Below are positions 15,880 to 25,700 of a stretch of DNA of 40,123 bases, piece by piece. Below the pieces are notes generated by a model that saw only the letters and a program-made list of their open reading frames with translations, was not told the origin of the DNA and ran no database searches. Position numbers and translations under genes: made by a program. The stretch spans positions 1 through 40,123 of IMG/VR virus record IMGVR_UViG_3300005529_000066; one strand, written 5' to 3'. This DNA comes from a virus. Every line of letters starts with the position of its first letter. Positions within the stretch are counted from its first letter, which is position 1.

Positions 15880-16057
15880 CGTCTTTCTCTCCGGGTTTGA
15901 GATTCAACTTGGCGCGCAACGCACAGACCTTCACGCCGAGGTCGATCGCCTTCAGCACATCCGCCGCCTTCGTGTCCTTGTATTTGTTGCCGAGCACGTC
16001 GCGCACCTTGCGCTCAAGCAGCCGCGCGAACGTGTCCGGGGTTTTCTTCTCGGTCAC
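15860..16057 (-). CDS. Hypothetical basic protein, 65 aa
   Basis: ATGA-type overlap with the upstream gene end. Coding-like codon usage. Confidence 0.5.
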   Translation of the reverse strand: MTEKKTPDTFARLLERKVRDVLGNKYKDTKAADVLKAIDLGVKVCALRAKLNLKPGEKDDESFFG

Positions 16058-17712
16058 GGCGCAGCGCTCCCGCGGTCCAGAGCCATGTCGGCAACCAGGC
16101 CACCGCGCAGAGCGGACGAGCTTGCGGACGGCATACCCTCAAGCACATGAGTCAATGCCTGATTTTTCAGGTACTGCTGCCCGAGATCGGACAGAAGAAA
16201 CCGACCAGCGACGCCCGGTGCAAATGACCCGGCAATCGCGGCCGGAACGTCTACGGCGGCCCCATGACCAAGGGCGGCCCCGCCGGCGGCACCAAGCCCG
16301 GCGCTAATCCCGGTTAGCGCGCCGCGTGCCGCAGTTCCAGATTCCGGTAGCGGTGCGAGGATCGCGTTTCCAGCATGCGATAGGTCGGTGAAGTCGCCGC
16401 GGCCGCGCACGTATCCGCGCTTGTCCTGCCCAACGGCAGCCTGCCGCAATTTGGCCGGCGTGACGACCCCTTGCGCAACCTGCTCCCCACCGCCCGCCAT
16501 TGCGGTTTCGATCACCAGCATGTTGCGATATTGGTTGCGCACATCGCGCCACGCGCCGAGATCGGACGGGTTTGCTTTCGCAATGCTACGTTCCATCAAC
16601 CCGTCCATTGCATCTCGCACCTCGGCGAGAAACATCGACATTTCGGGGTCTTGCTTCTGTCCCCGACGCATACGCTCGATGCGTGAGCGCACCGCCTTGT
16701 AGACCTCACCATCCATCGTCCGGCTTTTGGCCATTTGGTTGAACGCCTGGTCGACGACGGCCTGTACCATCGGCTTCTTGAATGGGTCGACAAACAGGTG
16801 ATTGTATTCGTCCTGCGCCTTCAGGATGTCCTGTGCGTATTGTTGATCGATCGTCGCCTTGTTGTTGGCGGCAAGTCGATCGAACTCGCTGCCGATCCGG
16901 GTGAAGGCGCGGTCGACCACCTCCGGCGTTGCGCGGTCGGCATCCTCTCCGACTCGCTTGAGCGCCGCGCGCGTGAACTCGCTGCTAATCCGGTCAACCG
17001 CCTTCTCGCGCGCACCACCAGAGCCCGGCATTTGGCCGAGTTCGCTTTCGGCATAACGCAATGCGCGACTGCCGGTAGCCTGTCCTGCGGTCGGCTCAAT
17101 GCCTTCCGACCGCAGCGTGTCGACCAAGCCTTGACGTTCGACTGAAATCGGGTTCGGCGTTATGGTGCGCGCAGCCGCACGCGGAGCGGTGCCGCCGATG
17201 ATGCCGCCGATGATGCGCGCGTAAGGTTCGGCGTTCGTGCCTTCGAACATCTGCCCGCCGGCCTCCGAGCCAAGCGCACCAGTGACCGCCATGACCCCCT
17301 TCGTAATTGGTCCGCCAGGTCCGACATAGCTCAGTGGGTTGCCCAGAAATTCGCCTGTCGTTTCGCCAAACCGTCCCGCGCGCGTCGTCGGCTTGTGCAG
17401 ATCGCCCGTGACGTTCTTTTCAAGGATGTCGGTCGCCTGCGCCGGCGTCGGAATGTCCTTCACCATCTCGGGGTCGGCCGCGCCCTCGGCCATGGTGGAT
17501 TGACCCGTTGCGCTGAGCGTCGCGCCCATACCCTGCACGATGCCGCGCGGGATCGACTTGAAGAAGTCGCCCGCGCTTTCAGAAAACGACGGCGCTGACT
17601 TCTGCGCCTGCTGCCTCATCACGCGCGCCAGAGCGTCCTGAGCGGTCGCGCCCTCTGGGGCTTCCACTCGGAATTTCTTCCCGTCAGGGGCGCTGATATC
17701 GAAGGTCGGCAC
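16054..17712 (-). CDS. Large virion protein, 552 aa (internal/ejection-protein candidate)
   Basis: GTG 17712 lies directly after the upstream TAG. Third of three consecutive large low-complexity proteins between the tail and fibre genes, an arrangement typical of podovirus internal virion proteins. Confidence 0.5.
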   Translation of the reverse strand: MPTFDISAPDGKKFRVEAPEGATAQDALARVMRQQAQKSAPSFSESAGDFFKSIPRGIVQGMGATLSATGQSTMAEGAADPEMVKDIPTPAQATDILEKNVTGDLHKPTTRAGRFGETTGEFLGNPLSYVGPGGPITKGVMAVTGALGSEAGGQMFEGTNAEPYARIIGGIIGGTAPRAAARTITPNPISVERQGLVDTLRSEGIEPTAGQATGSRALRYAESELGQMPGSGGAREKAVDRISSEFTRAALKRVGEDADRATPEVVDRAFTRIGSEFDRLAANNKATIDQQYAQDILKAQDEYNHLFVDPFKKPMVQAVVDQAFNQMAKSRTMDGEVYKAVRSRIERMRRGQKQDPEMSMFLAEVRDAMDGLMERSIAKANPSDLGAWRDVRNQYRNMLVIETAMAGGGEQVAQGVVTPAKLRQAAVGQDKRGYVRGRGDFTDLSHAGNAILAPLPESGTAARGALTGISAGLGAAGGAALGHGAAVDVPAAIAGSFAPGVAGRFLLSDLGQQYLKNQALTHVLEGMPSASSSALRGGLVADMALDRGSAAP

Positions 17713-19236
17713 CTAGTGAACCTCCTGCACGGACCATCCGTCATTCGACGGCGGCGGAGTCATGCCCGGCACGGGCGAATTGATGTCGCCGCTGGTGCGA
17801 CCTTCGCGGGTTTGTACGACAGCTTTCTTCGACGCCTGCACCTCTTTCCAGAGACGCTGAACTTGCACCTCGTAAGCCTGCGGGCTGTTCGCCTCGCTCA
17901 GGATGCCGATAGCTTTCTGCTCGAGCCGCTCGGCGATACGTGGCACGCCCTGCGGGTTCATGGCGCGCGTGTAGGCGTTGATCAGCGCGAAGTTCGCCAT
18001 GATGAAGTCGTTGTAAGCTGGGTCGCTCGTGCCCTGTTGCCACGACTGGATAAGCTTGTTGAGCGGAACGATCTGGCCGCGCGGAAGATTGCGTGACGAC
18101 TCGATCGCTTGGGGCAGCACCTGCACAACCTCGTTTGAGGCGTTCTCAACGCGCGCGCCCATTCCGCCTGCCGTGCGCTGATATGCCGTGTCGCCGACGT
18201 ATTGTTGATCGACCTTGGTAAGGTCAGCGCCAGTCATGCCGCGCTTTTCCATCTCGGCGGCGAGTGCGTTGTTGAACTCCTGCACATTCGCTGCGCCCTG
18301 TATGCCGCGCCCGATGTTCTGCAGGACAGTCTTGTCACCGGAGAGGCGCCTATCGACCATCTGCTTGAGCGTCAGTTGTTCGAGACCGCCCGTCGTGTTG
18401 CCCGCGAAGATGTGGTTATAGGCCGCCTGCATCGATTTCTTCTTTTCAGGGTCCTGTTCGCTCTGGATTGCGGCAAGCCACTTCTGCGCGTTCTCCGGCG
18501 TCTTCATGCCGGCGACCTTCGCCTCCATCGCCTCGCCCTGCAGCTTCATCTTCTCGTAGGCTTGGTTCAGCCGCTCGGTTTGCATCTCCTGCCGCTGCAG
18601 GACTTGCGCGACCATCGTGAAGTTCTTCTGCGCCGCCGCCTCATAGGTCATGCGGTCCTGATACTTCGCGGCGATCAGCTGGATTTCGTTCATCTTCTGA
18701 TCGATGGAAAGCTTGCGGTTTTTCCAGACAGCGTCGTACTCATCGAGCGCAGCCTTGTTGTTCTGGATCGCCTTTTTGCTGTTCGCCTCCCATTCGCGGT
18801 ATTTCTGCTCGTACTGCGCGAGGTTGCCGGCCTTGTAACCTTCGACCGCCGATGAGAAGGCGTTCAACGCACTCGTGACATGCTGGCGCGTGAAGGCCCC
18901 GGCGAGCGCGGAAAGCACGATCGCCGGCATCAGCCATTCCTGCATCGCTTGGCCCGTGTTGGACTTCGGCGGCTCTCCGACCTTTTCCAGCTGCGGCGCC
19001 TGAGGCAGCGGCTTCGCATTCTCGGCGCGCGCGGCTGAAATCACGGGCTGAGTCTCGCGCTCCTTCGCGGCCAGCGTTCCCTGCATGCGCTGGTCGAGCG
19101 CGCGCATCCCGCCGGCAAAGTCGAACCCGCCGCCACCGGCCGGAGCCTTGGCGGGGGGTGCCGCGGGAGGACTGTCGATCGCCGTCATCCACTGCGCGGC
19201 GTTCGGTGCGTCAAGGGCTGCGTCGGCTGTTGCCAT
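17713..19236 (-). CDS. Large virion protein, 507 aa (internal/ejection-protein candidate)
   Basis: Helical, Q/A/K-rich, with one hydrophobic segment WLMPAIVLSALAGAF. Called from position. Confidence 0.5.
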   Translation of the reverse strand: MATADAALDAPNAAQWMTAIDSPPAAPPAKAPAGGGGFDFAGGMRALDQRMQGTLAAKERETQPVISAARAENAKPLPQAPQLEKVGEPPKSNTGQAMQEWLMPAIVLSALAGAFTRQHVTSALNAFSSAVEGYKAGNLAQYEQKYREWEANSKKAIQNNKAALDEYDAVWKNRKLSIDQKMNEIQLIAAKYQDRMTYEAAAQKNFTMVAQVLQRQEMQTERLNQAYEKMKLQGEAMEAKVAGMKTPENAQKWLAAIQSEQDPEKKKSMQAAYNHIFAGNTTGGLEQLTLKQMVDRRLSGDKTVLQNIGRGIQGAANVQEFNNALAAEMEKRGMTGADLTKVDQQYVGDTAYQRTAGGMGARVENASNEVVQVLPQAIESSRNLPRGQIVPLNKLIQSWQQGTSDPAYNDFIMANFALINAYTRAMNPQGVPRIAERLEQKAIGILSEANSPQAYEVQVQRLWKEVQASKKAVVQTREGRTSGDINSPVPGMTPPPSNDGWSVQEVH

Positions 19237-19237
19237 G

Positions 19238-20599
19238 TCACGCCACCTTCAGGCTTACGCCGCCGCCCGCGAGAAGGCCGAGCGCCTTGATCGCGTTGCC
19301 AAGCGAGGTTTGGAAATTCTGATCCTGCTGGATCTGCATCTGCGCCGTGCTGAGCAGCGTGCTATTGGCCGCACTCAGTTCGGTGTTACCCACGCTGGTG
19401 AGCGTGCCGGTGCCCTGCTGCGTCTCGGCCAGTCCCGTTTGGATCAGCTGGTTGACGAACTGCTGTCGCATAGCGACCGCTTGGCTCTCGATGTTCTGCA
19501 GGCCCTGCAAATAGTCGCTGTCTCCGCTCGGATCGCGGCCCGATCGCGCATACTGCTGATAGAGCGCGTTTTTCTGCTGGCTCACCCACGTATCGATCTG
19601 CGCGGCCTGCGCTGGGCTGATCTCGTTGTTCGCTGCGGCCGTGAGGTTCTGCGCGCCGGTAGCGAGCAGCGGCGCCGCGGCCGAACTCGCCGCGTTGAGG
19701 TTCTGCGTCGAAGCGGCTGCATTCGGCCCGGCGAGGTCGAGCGCCTGGTTGGCCTGCGGCGGCAACTGCCCGCCGGCCCCGCCCTTGTTCGCGAGCGAGT
19801 AGCCTAGCAAGCCGAGCGATCCGACGGCCGCGGCGGGCTGGAGCCAGTCCTTGGCGGTCGACAGGAATCCCTTGCTCGCGGTTCCACCGCCACTCGATCC
19901 TGAGCCGCTGGTGGCCTCTCCCGCCCCGCCGGCCGCCGTGCCGGTCGCGCCGGTTCCTGCGTCCGTCGGTGCAGCGTCGAGCGCAGCTGTCGCCAGCGGC
20001 TGTCGATCGGCTAGCCCCTGCGGAAATGCCGATCCAAGATCGCTGCCAGCCGCGCTGGCCCCCGACTTCGCCGACAGATCAAGGCTCTTGGTCGGATCGA
20101 GAAGGTCGGACGCCGGAGAGGCGTCCAGAGCCGACGTGACCGGACTCGATGCGCCGACGACATCCAGTGGCGCCGACACAGCGCCGGTGCTGGCGCCCAG
20201 ACTGGCCGCCGGTGCGGCTACGCTGGGCGCTGCGGCAGGCGCCGCGGCATCAAGCGCTGCCGTGCTGCTCGATGTCGGCAGGGAGGACAGCGAGGTCCCG
20301 ATGTCAGTCACGGCCGGAGTGGCGGCCGTCAGCGCGTCCGTACCGAGCGCGGCGGCGCCGCTGAGCGCCGCATCAGCGCCCGCGCCGATTGCGCTATCAG
20401 CAACCGCGCCAGCCCCAACGCCGGCCGCGGCAGAGAGCGCAGAAGATGCCCCGGCATCGATCGCCGCGGTCGCCCCGGTATCGGCCGCGGCGCCAATTGC
20501 GCCCTCCCCCAAGAAGCTGAGGGCGCCCTCGATGAGACCGCCGAAATTGCAGTAGAGCTGCGGCGGCTCGGTGATGTCGGTCAGGCGCGATCGGATCAT
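19238..20599 (-). CDS. Ala/Ser/Gly-rich low-complexity virion protein, 453 aa
   Basis: ATGA overlap with the upstream gene. About 250 aa of A/S/G/T low complexity, followed by a Q-rich helical C-terminus. Confidence 0.5.
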   Translation of the reverse strand: MIRSRLTDITEPPQLYCNFGGLIEGALSFLGEGAIGAAADTGATAAIDAGASSALSAAAGVGAGAVADSAIGAGADAALSGAAALGTDALTAATPAVTDIGTSLSSLPTSSSTAALDAAAPAAAPSVAAPAASLGASTGAVSAPLDVVGASSPVTSALDASPASDLLDPTKSLDLSAKSGASAAGSDLGSAFPQGLADRQPLATAALDAAPTDAGTGATGTAAGGAGEATSGSGSSGGGTASKGFLSTAKDWLQPAAAVGSLGLLGYSLANKGGAGGQLPPQANQALDLAGPNAAASTQNLNAASSAAAPLLATGAQNLTAAANNEISPAQAAQIDTWVSQQKNALYQQYARSGRDPSGDSDYLQGLQNIESQAVAMRQQFVNQLIQTGLAETQQGTGTLTSVGNTELSAANSTLLSTAQMQIQQDQNFQTSLGNAIKALGLLAGGGVSLKVA

Positions 20600-21054
20600 G
20601 GGTCAACCACCATGGAATGCACGGTTTCGATGGGCACAAACCCGATTTCAGCAAGTATTCTATCGATGATAGGTTGGTTTTTTGAAGCGTACTTGTAATA
20701 TCGTACGCCCATCGCCTTGAAAAAGCGAACGCTTTCCCTGATCATCCCCCGCACGATTAGTCCCCGGATCGGGTCTTTGTCGGCGTACAGGAAGCGCGAA
20801 AACGCCGTCGACACGCCCTTGCGGTGCGGGTCCGTGCCAACGATCGCTCCGAAATACCCCACCAGCACCGCGCCTCTCCGGGCGGTGATCACGTAGAGCT
20901 TGCCGGCCTTCGCCAGCCCCAGATACAGGTCCCAATCGACATCCATCCCGAAGGCGTCGCGGTCCGACGCAAACTCCTGCCAGTGCGCGGCGACCCGCGC
21001 GCGCAGCTCGGGCATGAGATCGGCAAACGGCTCGGCCTGGTAGTTGACGCTCAT
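20596..21054 (-). CDS. GNAT-like acetyltransferase-fold protein, 152 aa (tentative)
   Basis: ATG 21054 in ATGA overlap. The beta-alpha pattern ...LYVITARRGAVLVGYFGAIV...RGLIVRGMIRESVRFFKAMGV... resembles the GNAT core. Called by eye only. Confidence 0.4.
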   Translation of the reverse strand: MSVNYQAEPFADLMPELRARVAAHWQEFASDRDAFGMDVDWDLYLGLAKAGKLYVITARRGAVLVGYFGAIVGTDPHRKGVSTAFSRFLYADKDPIRGLIVRGMIRESVRFFKAMGVRYYKYASKNQPIIDRILAEIGFVPIETVHSMVVDP

Positions 21055-21401
21055 GGCACCCCCAAAACCTGCTCGAGCGCAACATGCTCGGCCGCGTGCG
21101 CGTCCATCCACAGGAGCCACGATGCGGCGTTATCGAGATCAACCACGGACAGGTCGATCCCCGAAACTCCGGTAAGGTTGCGCAGCGTGTTGTGGATTTC
21201 CTGGTGCGAATTGAGCCACGCCGTTTGCTGCGCCGGCTTGTCGCTCCACGACTGCAGCGCATAGTCCGGAATGAAGGTCGGCGGGGTCAGGTTCAGACCG
21301 ATCTGCACGAACTGCAAATGCTCGCGGTAGTGCTCGATCAGCCAAATCCCGAATCCGTTCGGATCGTCGGGTAGGACCACGTTATGAAAGAAGATCGGCA
21401 T
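21051..21401 (-). CDS. Hypothetical protein, 116 aa
   Basis: ATG 21401 overlaps the upstream stop (TGATG). The N-terminal part of track ORF 21051..21620 overlaps the upstream gene out of frame. Confidence 0.55.
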   Translation of the reverse strand: MPIFFHNVVLPDDPNGFGIWLIEHYREHLQFVQIGLNLTPPTFIPDYALQSWSDKPAQQTAWLNSHQEIHNTLRNLTGVSGIDLSVVDLDNAASWLLWMDAHAAEHVALEQVLGVP

Positions 21402-23152
21402 CAGCGCGCCCCCGTCGAAACCATGGGAGCCGAGTCCTCGTACTCCACCACGACCGCATTGATCGTGTAGCCGAACAGCGACCCCGAGAGCGTCGCCCCA
21501 AGGGTGATCCCGGACGCCTTCGCGTCCTGCCGCTGCCACAGAAATCCCACGCCAACGAACGTAACCGGATTGTTGCTGTTGTTGAGCCACGCCACCACAG
21601 AGCCGACGTTGTTCGTCCACTGGATCGGGTTGGACACGGAATATTGCGCCTGCTGCGATCCGTTCTCGCTATCGGCTGTCAGCGTCACATTGCCCTGGCT
21701 CGCCGACGACTGCGCCACGCCGATGCGCTGCGCGCGCTTTTGCTGATGCGGGTTGCCGTTCGATGAAAGTGCGGTGCGCAGCAGAAACGAAATGGCTGTC
21801 GTGGTGGACTGGATCAGCTGCGTCACGTCAGATCCCGACGATCCAAACGTCTCATAGACGCCGCCGACGATTGCCGAGCAGATCGCGCGCAGCCCGTTGC
21901 CTTGGCTCGTGACGAACCACTTTTCGTTCTGAAACACCATCATGATCGACCGCTCGCCCTGCACCGGGTCGATATAGCGGGCAAGAAGCAGATAGCAGCG
22001 AATGTTGTTGATGTCGTTCAGGGCGGCCTGCAACGGCTGGGAGAAGTCCGTCGCCTGAAAAATTCCGTCCATCTTGTCGCTGATCTTCTGCACCGACGCG
22101 CCGAAGATCGCGTACACCCCGACAGTGTTCGCGAACAGCACAAGGCGATTGTACGACGCGATCGACTGCGGAAACGTCGTGCCCTGATCCGAAGACAGGG
22201 TGATGATGGTGAACAGCGTCGTCGAGCCGGATACTGCGATAGTGCCGATCTGCTTGATCGAGGCATCGCCGAAGATGAACAGGTAGTTGTTGAGCGCGCG
22301 CAAAGCTGTGATCGAGTGCACGAGATCGGCATCCGAAAGTGTCGTCTGTCCAGAGGCGTTGCCCGCGCTCGAATCATCGAACCCGCCGGTTCCGGTCCAG
22401 AACAGAGCGCGCCCGGCAGCGAGCCACACGCGACCCTGAAACACCGCAATCGTCGTGGGGGAGATCGAAAGGATTGGCCACACCTTGCCCGTCGCGGTCG
22501 CTCCTGAACCGCCGGACACGGGGCTGATCGTCACCGTGATCGTGTCGCCCGCGTGATAGCCGGACCCCGCGTTAGTGAGGACGATTCCGGTGACGACGCC
22601 ACCAACCACCGTTACGGTACCGGCCGCGCCAGACCCTGATCCGCCGCTGAAGCCGACCGTCGCGCCGCTCGAATAGCCAGACCCGCCGGCCGTGATCGTG
22701 AAGTTGGGCGATAGACCGCCCGGCTTCACAAACACCGTACCGTCCCATGTCGAATATCCCGCAGTAGGGTCCGCGATCAGGATGCGCGACGACTGCCATT
22801 GCGTCATATCCGGGTTGGTGAACGTGCCGGCGAGCGCGAATTTAACCTGCGCACCATTCGAGAGGTTCACCTGATAGGCCGCACCCGACTGGCAGAACTC
22901 GACGACATAATCCACGCCGCCATAATTCGCGTAGAACTTCTTCGTCACGATCTCGCCGGTGAGCGTGGTGAGTGCGGCAATCGGAGCCGGCATGATCTGC
23001 AGCCGGTTCTTTGAGATCGGTTGCAGGTTTTCGAGCCACGCCGCCGCCTTGGACGGCAGGTCGTACCGCGAGCCTTGCGTGTCCATCGTCTCGATCTCGT
23101 TGAAGACGATGTATTTTTTCTGCGGGATTTGTTGTTCTTGCGGGGCCGGCAT
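21401..23152 (-). CDS. Large tail protein, ~583 aa (tail tubular/nozzle candidate)
   Basis: ATG 23152 overlaps the upstream stop (TGATG); alternative GTG 23155. Contains the NAGSGY...TITVTI module shared with two neighbouring genes. Called from size and position. Confidence 0.5.
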   Translation of the reverse strand: MPAPQEQQIPQKKYIVFNEIETMDTQGSRYDLPSKAAAWLENLQPISKNRLQIMPAPIAALTTLTGEIVTKKFYANYGGVDYVVEFCQSGAAYQVNLSNGAQVKFALAGTFTNPDMTQWQSSRILIADPTAGYSTWDGTVFVKPGGLSPNFTITAGGSGYSSGATVGFSGGSGSGAAGTVTVVGGVVTGIVLTNAGSGYHAGDTITVTISPVSGGSGATATGKVWPILSISPTTIAVFQGRVWLAAGRALFWTGTGGFDDSSAGNASGQTTLSDADLVHSITALRALNNYLFIFGDASIKQIGTIAVSGSTTLFTIITLSSDQGTTFPQSIASYNRLVLFANTVGVYAIFGASVQKISDKMDGIFQATDFSQPLQAALNDINNIRCYLLLARYIDPVQGERSIMMVFQNEKWFVTSQGNGLRAICSAIVGGVYETFGSSGSDVTQLIQSTTTAISFLLRTALSSNGNPHQQKRAQRIGVAQSSASQGNVTLTADSENGSQQAQYSVSNPIQWTNNVGSVVAWLNNSNNPVTFVGVGFLWQRQDAKASGITLGATLSGSLFGYTINAVVVEYEDSAPMVSTGAR

Positions 23153-24054
23153 CACATCCTCGCGAACCGGCGTCGCCAGTTATTGTACACGCTCATCACG
23201 CGCGTGCTCTGCTTCGTGGCGGTGATTTCGGTCAGCCGCTCGCGATATGCCTTCTTGAAGAACTCGGCCTTGCCGAGCTCCTGCAGCTTCAACACCAGCA
23301 GATGGCACGCCCACCACTGCACGGCGTCGCTCACCGGATCGAGTATTTGCAAATCAACGTCCGTCTGGTTGACCAGCGGATTCGGCGTCGTGATCGCCTC
23401 GATGTCGAGCCCGTATGGCTGATCGGGGACGGGATAGAGATAGATCTGCGCCATCTCCCAAAAAACCGTCCACACGCCGGGGTATCGGAATTGCGACGTG
23501 TTGGCGCGGCAGAACGCCTGATACGGCCCCCACGGCATCCAATCCGCGGTCCAGCGCTCGACGCCCCAGATCGGCGAGATCGCCTTGATGTCGATGACGT
23601 TCACCATAGCGCTCGCCGTTCCGCTCGCGCCGGTGCCCGCGCTGTCGGTAATGACTACGTTCGGGGTCGAAACGTACCCGAGCCCCCAATTGATCATGTT
23701 GAACGCCGTGATGACGCCGTTCGTCACCACGGCCGACGCCGTTGCCTGCGTTCCGCCGGCAGGGGGCGCGTCGATCGTGACCGTCGGGCTGACGTAGTGC
23801 GCGCCGCCGGCCCCGAGCGTGATGCCCATCACGCCGCCGGTGAGCGGGTAAGTCTCCTGATTGGAGATCGTCGATCCGCCGTACACGTTCGGAGACGTGT
23901 AGGTCGAATAGAGGCGACGAACGCAGTGAGTATCGAGAGCGACGCGCTTGCGGCCAGCGTTGACCGCGTTCGTCATCTCCTGCAGCGTCCAATCGACGTT
24001 AGCGAGATCGTGCAGAAGCTCCTGGCACTGCAGGATGTAGTCGGACAGCTGCAC
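23152..24054 (-). CDS. Virion protein, 300 aa (head-tail adaptor / tail tubular A candidate)
   Basis: GTG 24054. Helical N-terminus MQLSDYILQCQELLHDLANVDWTLQEM. Contains the GLGYVSTPNVVI module. Confidence 0.5.
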   Translation of the reverse strand: MQLSDYILQCQELLHDLANVDWTLQEMTNAVNAGRKRVALDTHCVRRLYSTYTSPNVYGGSTISNQETYPLTGGVMGITLGAGGAHYVSPTVTIDAPPAGGTQATASAVVTNGVITAFNMINWGLGYVSTPNVVITDSAGTGASGTASAMVNVIDIKAISPIWGVERWTADWMPWGPYQAFCRANTSQFRYPGVWTVFWEMAQIYLYPVPDQPYGLDIEAITTPNPLVNQTDVDLQILDPVSDAVQWWACHLLVLKLQELGKAEFFKKAYRERLTEITATKQSTRVMSVYNNWRRRFARM

Positions 24055-24060
24055 CGATCA

Positions 24061-24465
24061 TCACGCGCCCGCGCGTCGCGCCCCTGGCTTCTGGATCGGG
24101 TTCGGCAGTTCTTCCGGCGCCTCGTCCTCGTCGGACATTTCCACCATCCGGAATCGCACCGGCTTGAACTCGATCGCCTTGAACCACTTCAGATGGTTGC
24201 CGGACTTGATGATGTCCGGAGTGTTCCAGCCGTGGCGCTTCTGGCAGTACACGAGCATGTCGTTCGTGGCGTGCTCGGGCGCCTCGTCGTCGCCGTGATG
24301 GCGCCAGCCGAAGATGTGGTTCGCGGCGTCCGGCGGGATCGTCACCGACTTGCCCGGTTCGAACGTGAACGGCACGCCGTCGAAGCGGTCGCGGATCACG
24401 AACTCGTTCTTGTTCGTGACGCGCACGCCGCCCACGATCGGGCCGCGGTCCTCGGTCATGTCCAT
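24061..24465 (-). CDS. Hypothetical protein, 134 aa
   Basis: ATG 24465 overlaps the upstream stop (TGATG). The N-terminal part of track ORF 24061..24990 is Arg-rich out-of-frame overlap. Confidence 0.55.
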   Translation of the reverse strand: MDMTEDRGPIVGGVRVTNKNEFVIRDRFDGVPFTFEPGKSVTIPPDAANHIFGWRHHGDDEAPEHATNDMLVYCQKRHGWNTPDIIKSGNHLKWFKAIEFKPVRFRMVEMSDEDEAPEELPNPIQKPGARRAGA

Positions 24466-25688
24466 CAGTCCACCATCATCTGCAGGATCGACGTGTCGGT
24501 GATGCCGCCCATTGAAATGGCCGAGAACACGATTGAAGTGGTGCCGATCGTCGTTCCCTGCGCGACGCCGAAGTTGCCGGCGACGAGGACCTTCTGCATC
24601 CCGAAGCCGCCGTCCTCGATCGACAGCGCTCCGACCGTGGAGGTGAGCACGCCGCGCGCCGGGCGCGGCTGGAACAGGTTGTTGTTGTTGAAGTTCGTCG
24701 TGCCCGGCGTGAGGAATCCCATCGAGGACTCCCACACGTTGCCGATCGTGTAGGCGACGCCAGAGCCGCCGGTGAGCGCGGTCACGCCCCACGACATGAT
24801 CGAGGTCGCGGCGACGCCGCCGGCCAGCGCGCCGGTCGTGTTGGCAAACGTGATAGCGGGCACCGTCGTGTAGCCGTAGCCGTAGTTCGTCATCACCACG
24901 CCGGTGAGCGTGCCGGAGCCGGCGAGCGCCGGGCCGGTGACGAGCGCGCCCGCGGTCGTCGGGAACGCGGGCGAAAGGCCCATCATCCACGGCGCCGGCG
25001 GGTTGTTGGCGATCGTGCCGGCCGGGAAGTTCGGTTGCGTGCCGCTTCCGACGGGCGGATTCGTCGGAGCACCCGGATAGTTCAGGAACTGCGGCACGAC
25101 GTAAAAATTCGGCACCGACGTATAGCCCGCGCCGGGGTTGACCATCGTGACGGCGTTCAGCGCGCCGCCGGCCGTGATCGTCGCGGTCGCGGTCGCCTGA
25201 ATGCCGCCGGGCGGAGGGGGGTCGATCAGGATCAGCGGCGGAACCTGGAAGCCCGATCCGCCCTGCGTGACCGTTGCCGAGCCGCCGGCCGTGCCGACCG
25301 CACCGCCCACAATGACATAGCCCGTAGCGGTGCCGCCCGGCCCAGTGCCGCCGGCCGCAAACGTCACCGTCGAGCCGGTCGCCGTCGGTCCGATGCCGTT
25401 GGTTCCGCCCGAGCCCGCGTTCGTGATCGAGGCCGCAGCCACGATGCCGCTCGCGTTGACCAGGCGCCAGTTGAAGCCGTCAACCGAGATCTGGAACGTC
25501 TCCGCGTTCGGCTGCGCGACGTTGCGCCAGCTGAAGTTCACCGGGTCCCACCATTGCAGGCAGGTCTGTGCGCCGAGCGTCATCAGGTAGTTGCCGGCCG
25601 GCGGATAGCAAATCTGTCCGCCAGCCAGAGACACCGGAAACGCGCCCGAGAAATTGAACGGGAAGGCGCCGCCAATCCGCATACCCAT
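24465..25688 (-). CDS. Gly-rich virion protein, 407 aa (capsid-associated fibre/decoration candidate)
   Basis: RBS GAGGAGG. Immediately follows the capsid gene. Repeated modules NPGAGYTSVPNFYV and NYGYGYTTVPAITF. Confidence 0.55.
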   Translation of the reverse strand: MGMRIGGAFPFNFSGAFPVSLAGGQICYPPAGNYLMTLGAQTCLQWWDPVNFSWRNVAQPNAETFQISVDGFNWRLVNASGIVAAASITNAGSGGTNGIGPTATGSTVTFAAGGTGPGGTATGYVIVGGAVGTAGGSATVTQGGSGFQVPPLILIDPPPPGGIQATATATITAGGALNAVTMVNPGAGYTSVPNFYVVPQFLNYPGAPTNPPVGSGTQPNFPAGTIANNPPAPWMMGLSPAFPTTAGALVTGPALAGSGTLTGVVMTNYGYGYTTVPAITFANTTGALAGGVAATSIMSWGVTALTGGSGVAYTIGNVWESSMGFLTPGTTNFNNNNLFQPRPARGVLTSTVGALSIEDGGFGMQKVLVAGNFGVAQGTTIGTTSIVFSAISMGGITDTSILQMMVD

Positions 25689-25700
25689 GATCGAGCCTCC

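Noticed and set aside
23302-24753. Long + strand ORF (483 aa) opposite the structural genes. Similar cases are 25035..26858 (+, 607 aa), 25726..26880 (-), 12851..13960 (-), 1619..2647 (-) and 28368..28970 (-).
   Set aside because: These are Arg/Asp/His-rich, low-complexity translations typical of antisense or off-frame shadows in high-GC DNA. Each overlaps a gene with recognisable motifs, an RBS and overlap coupling in another frame.
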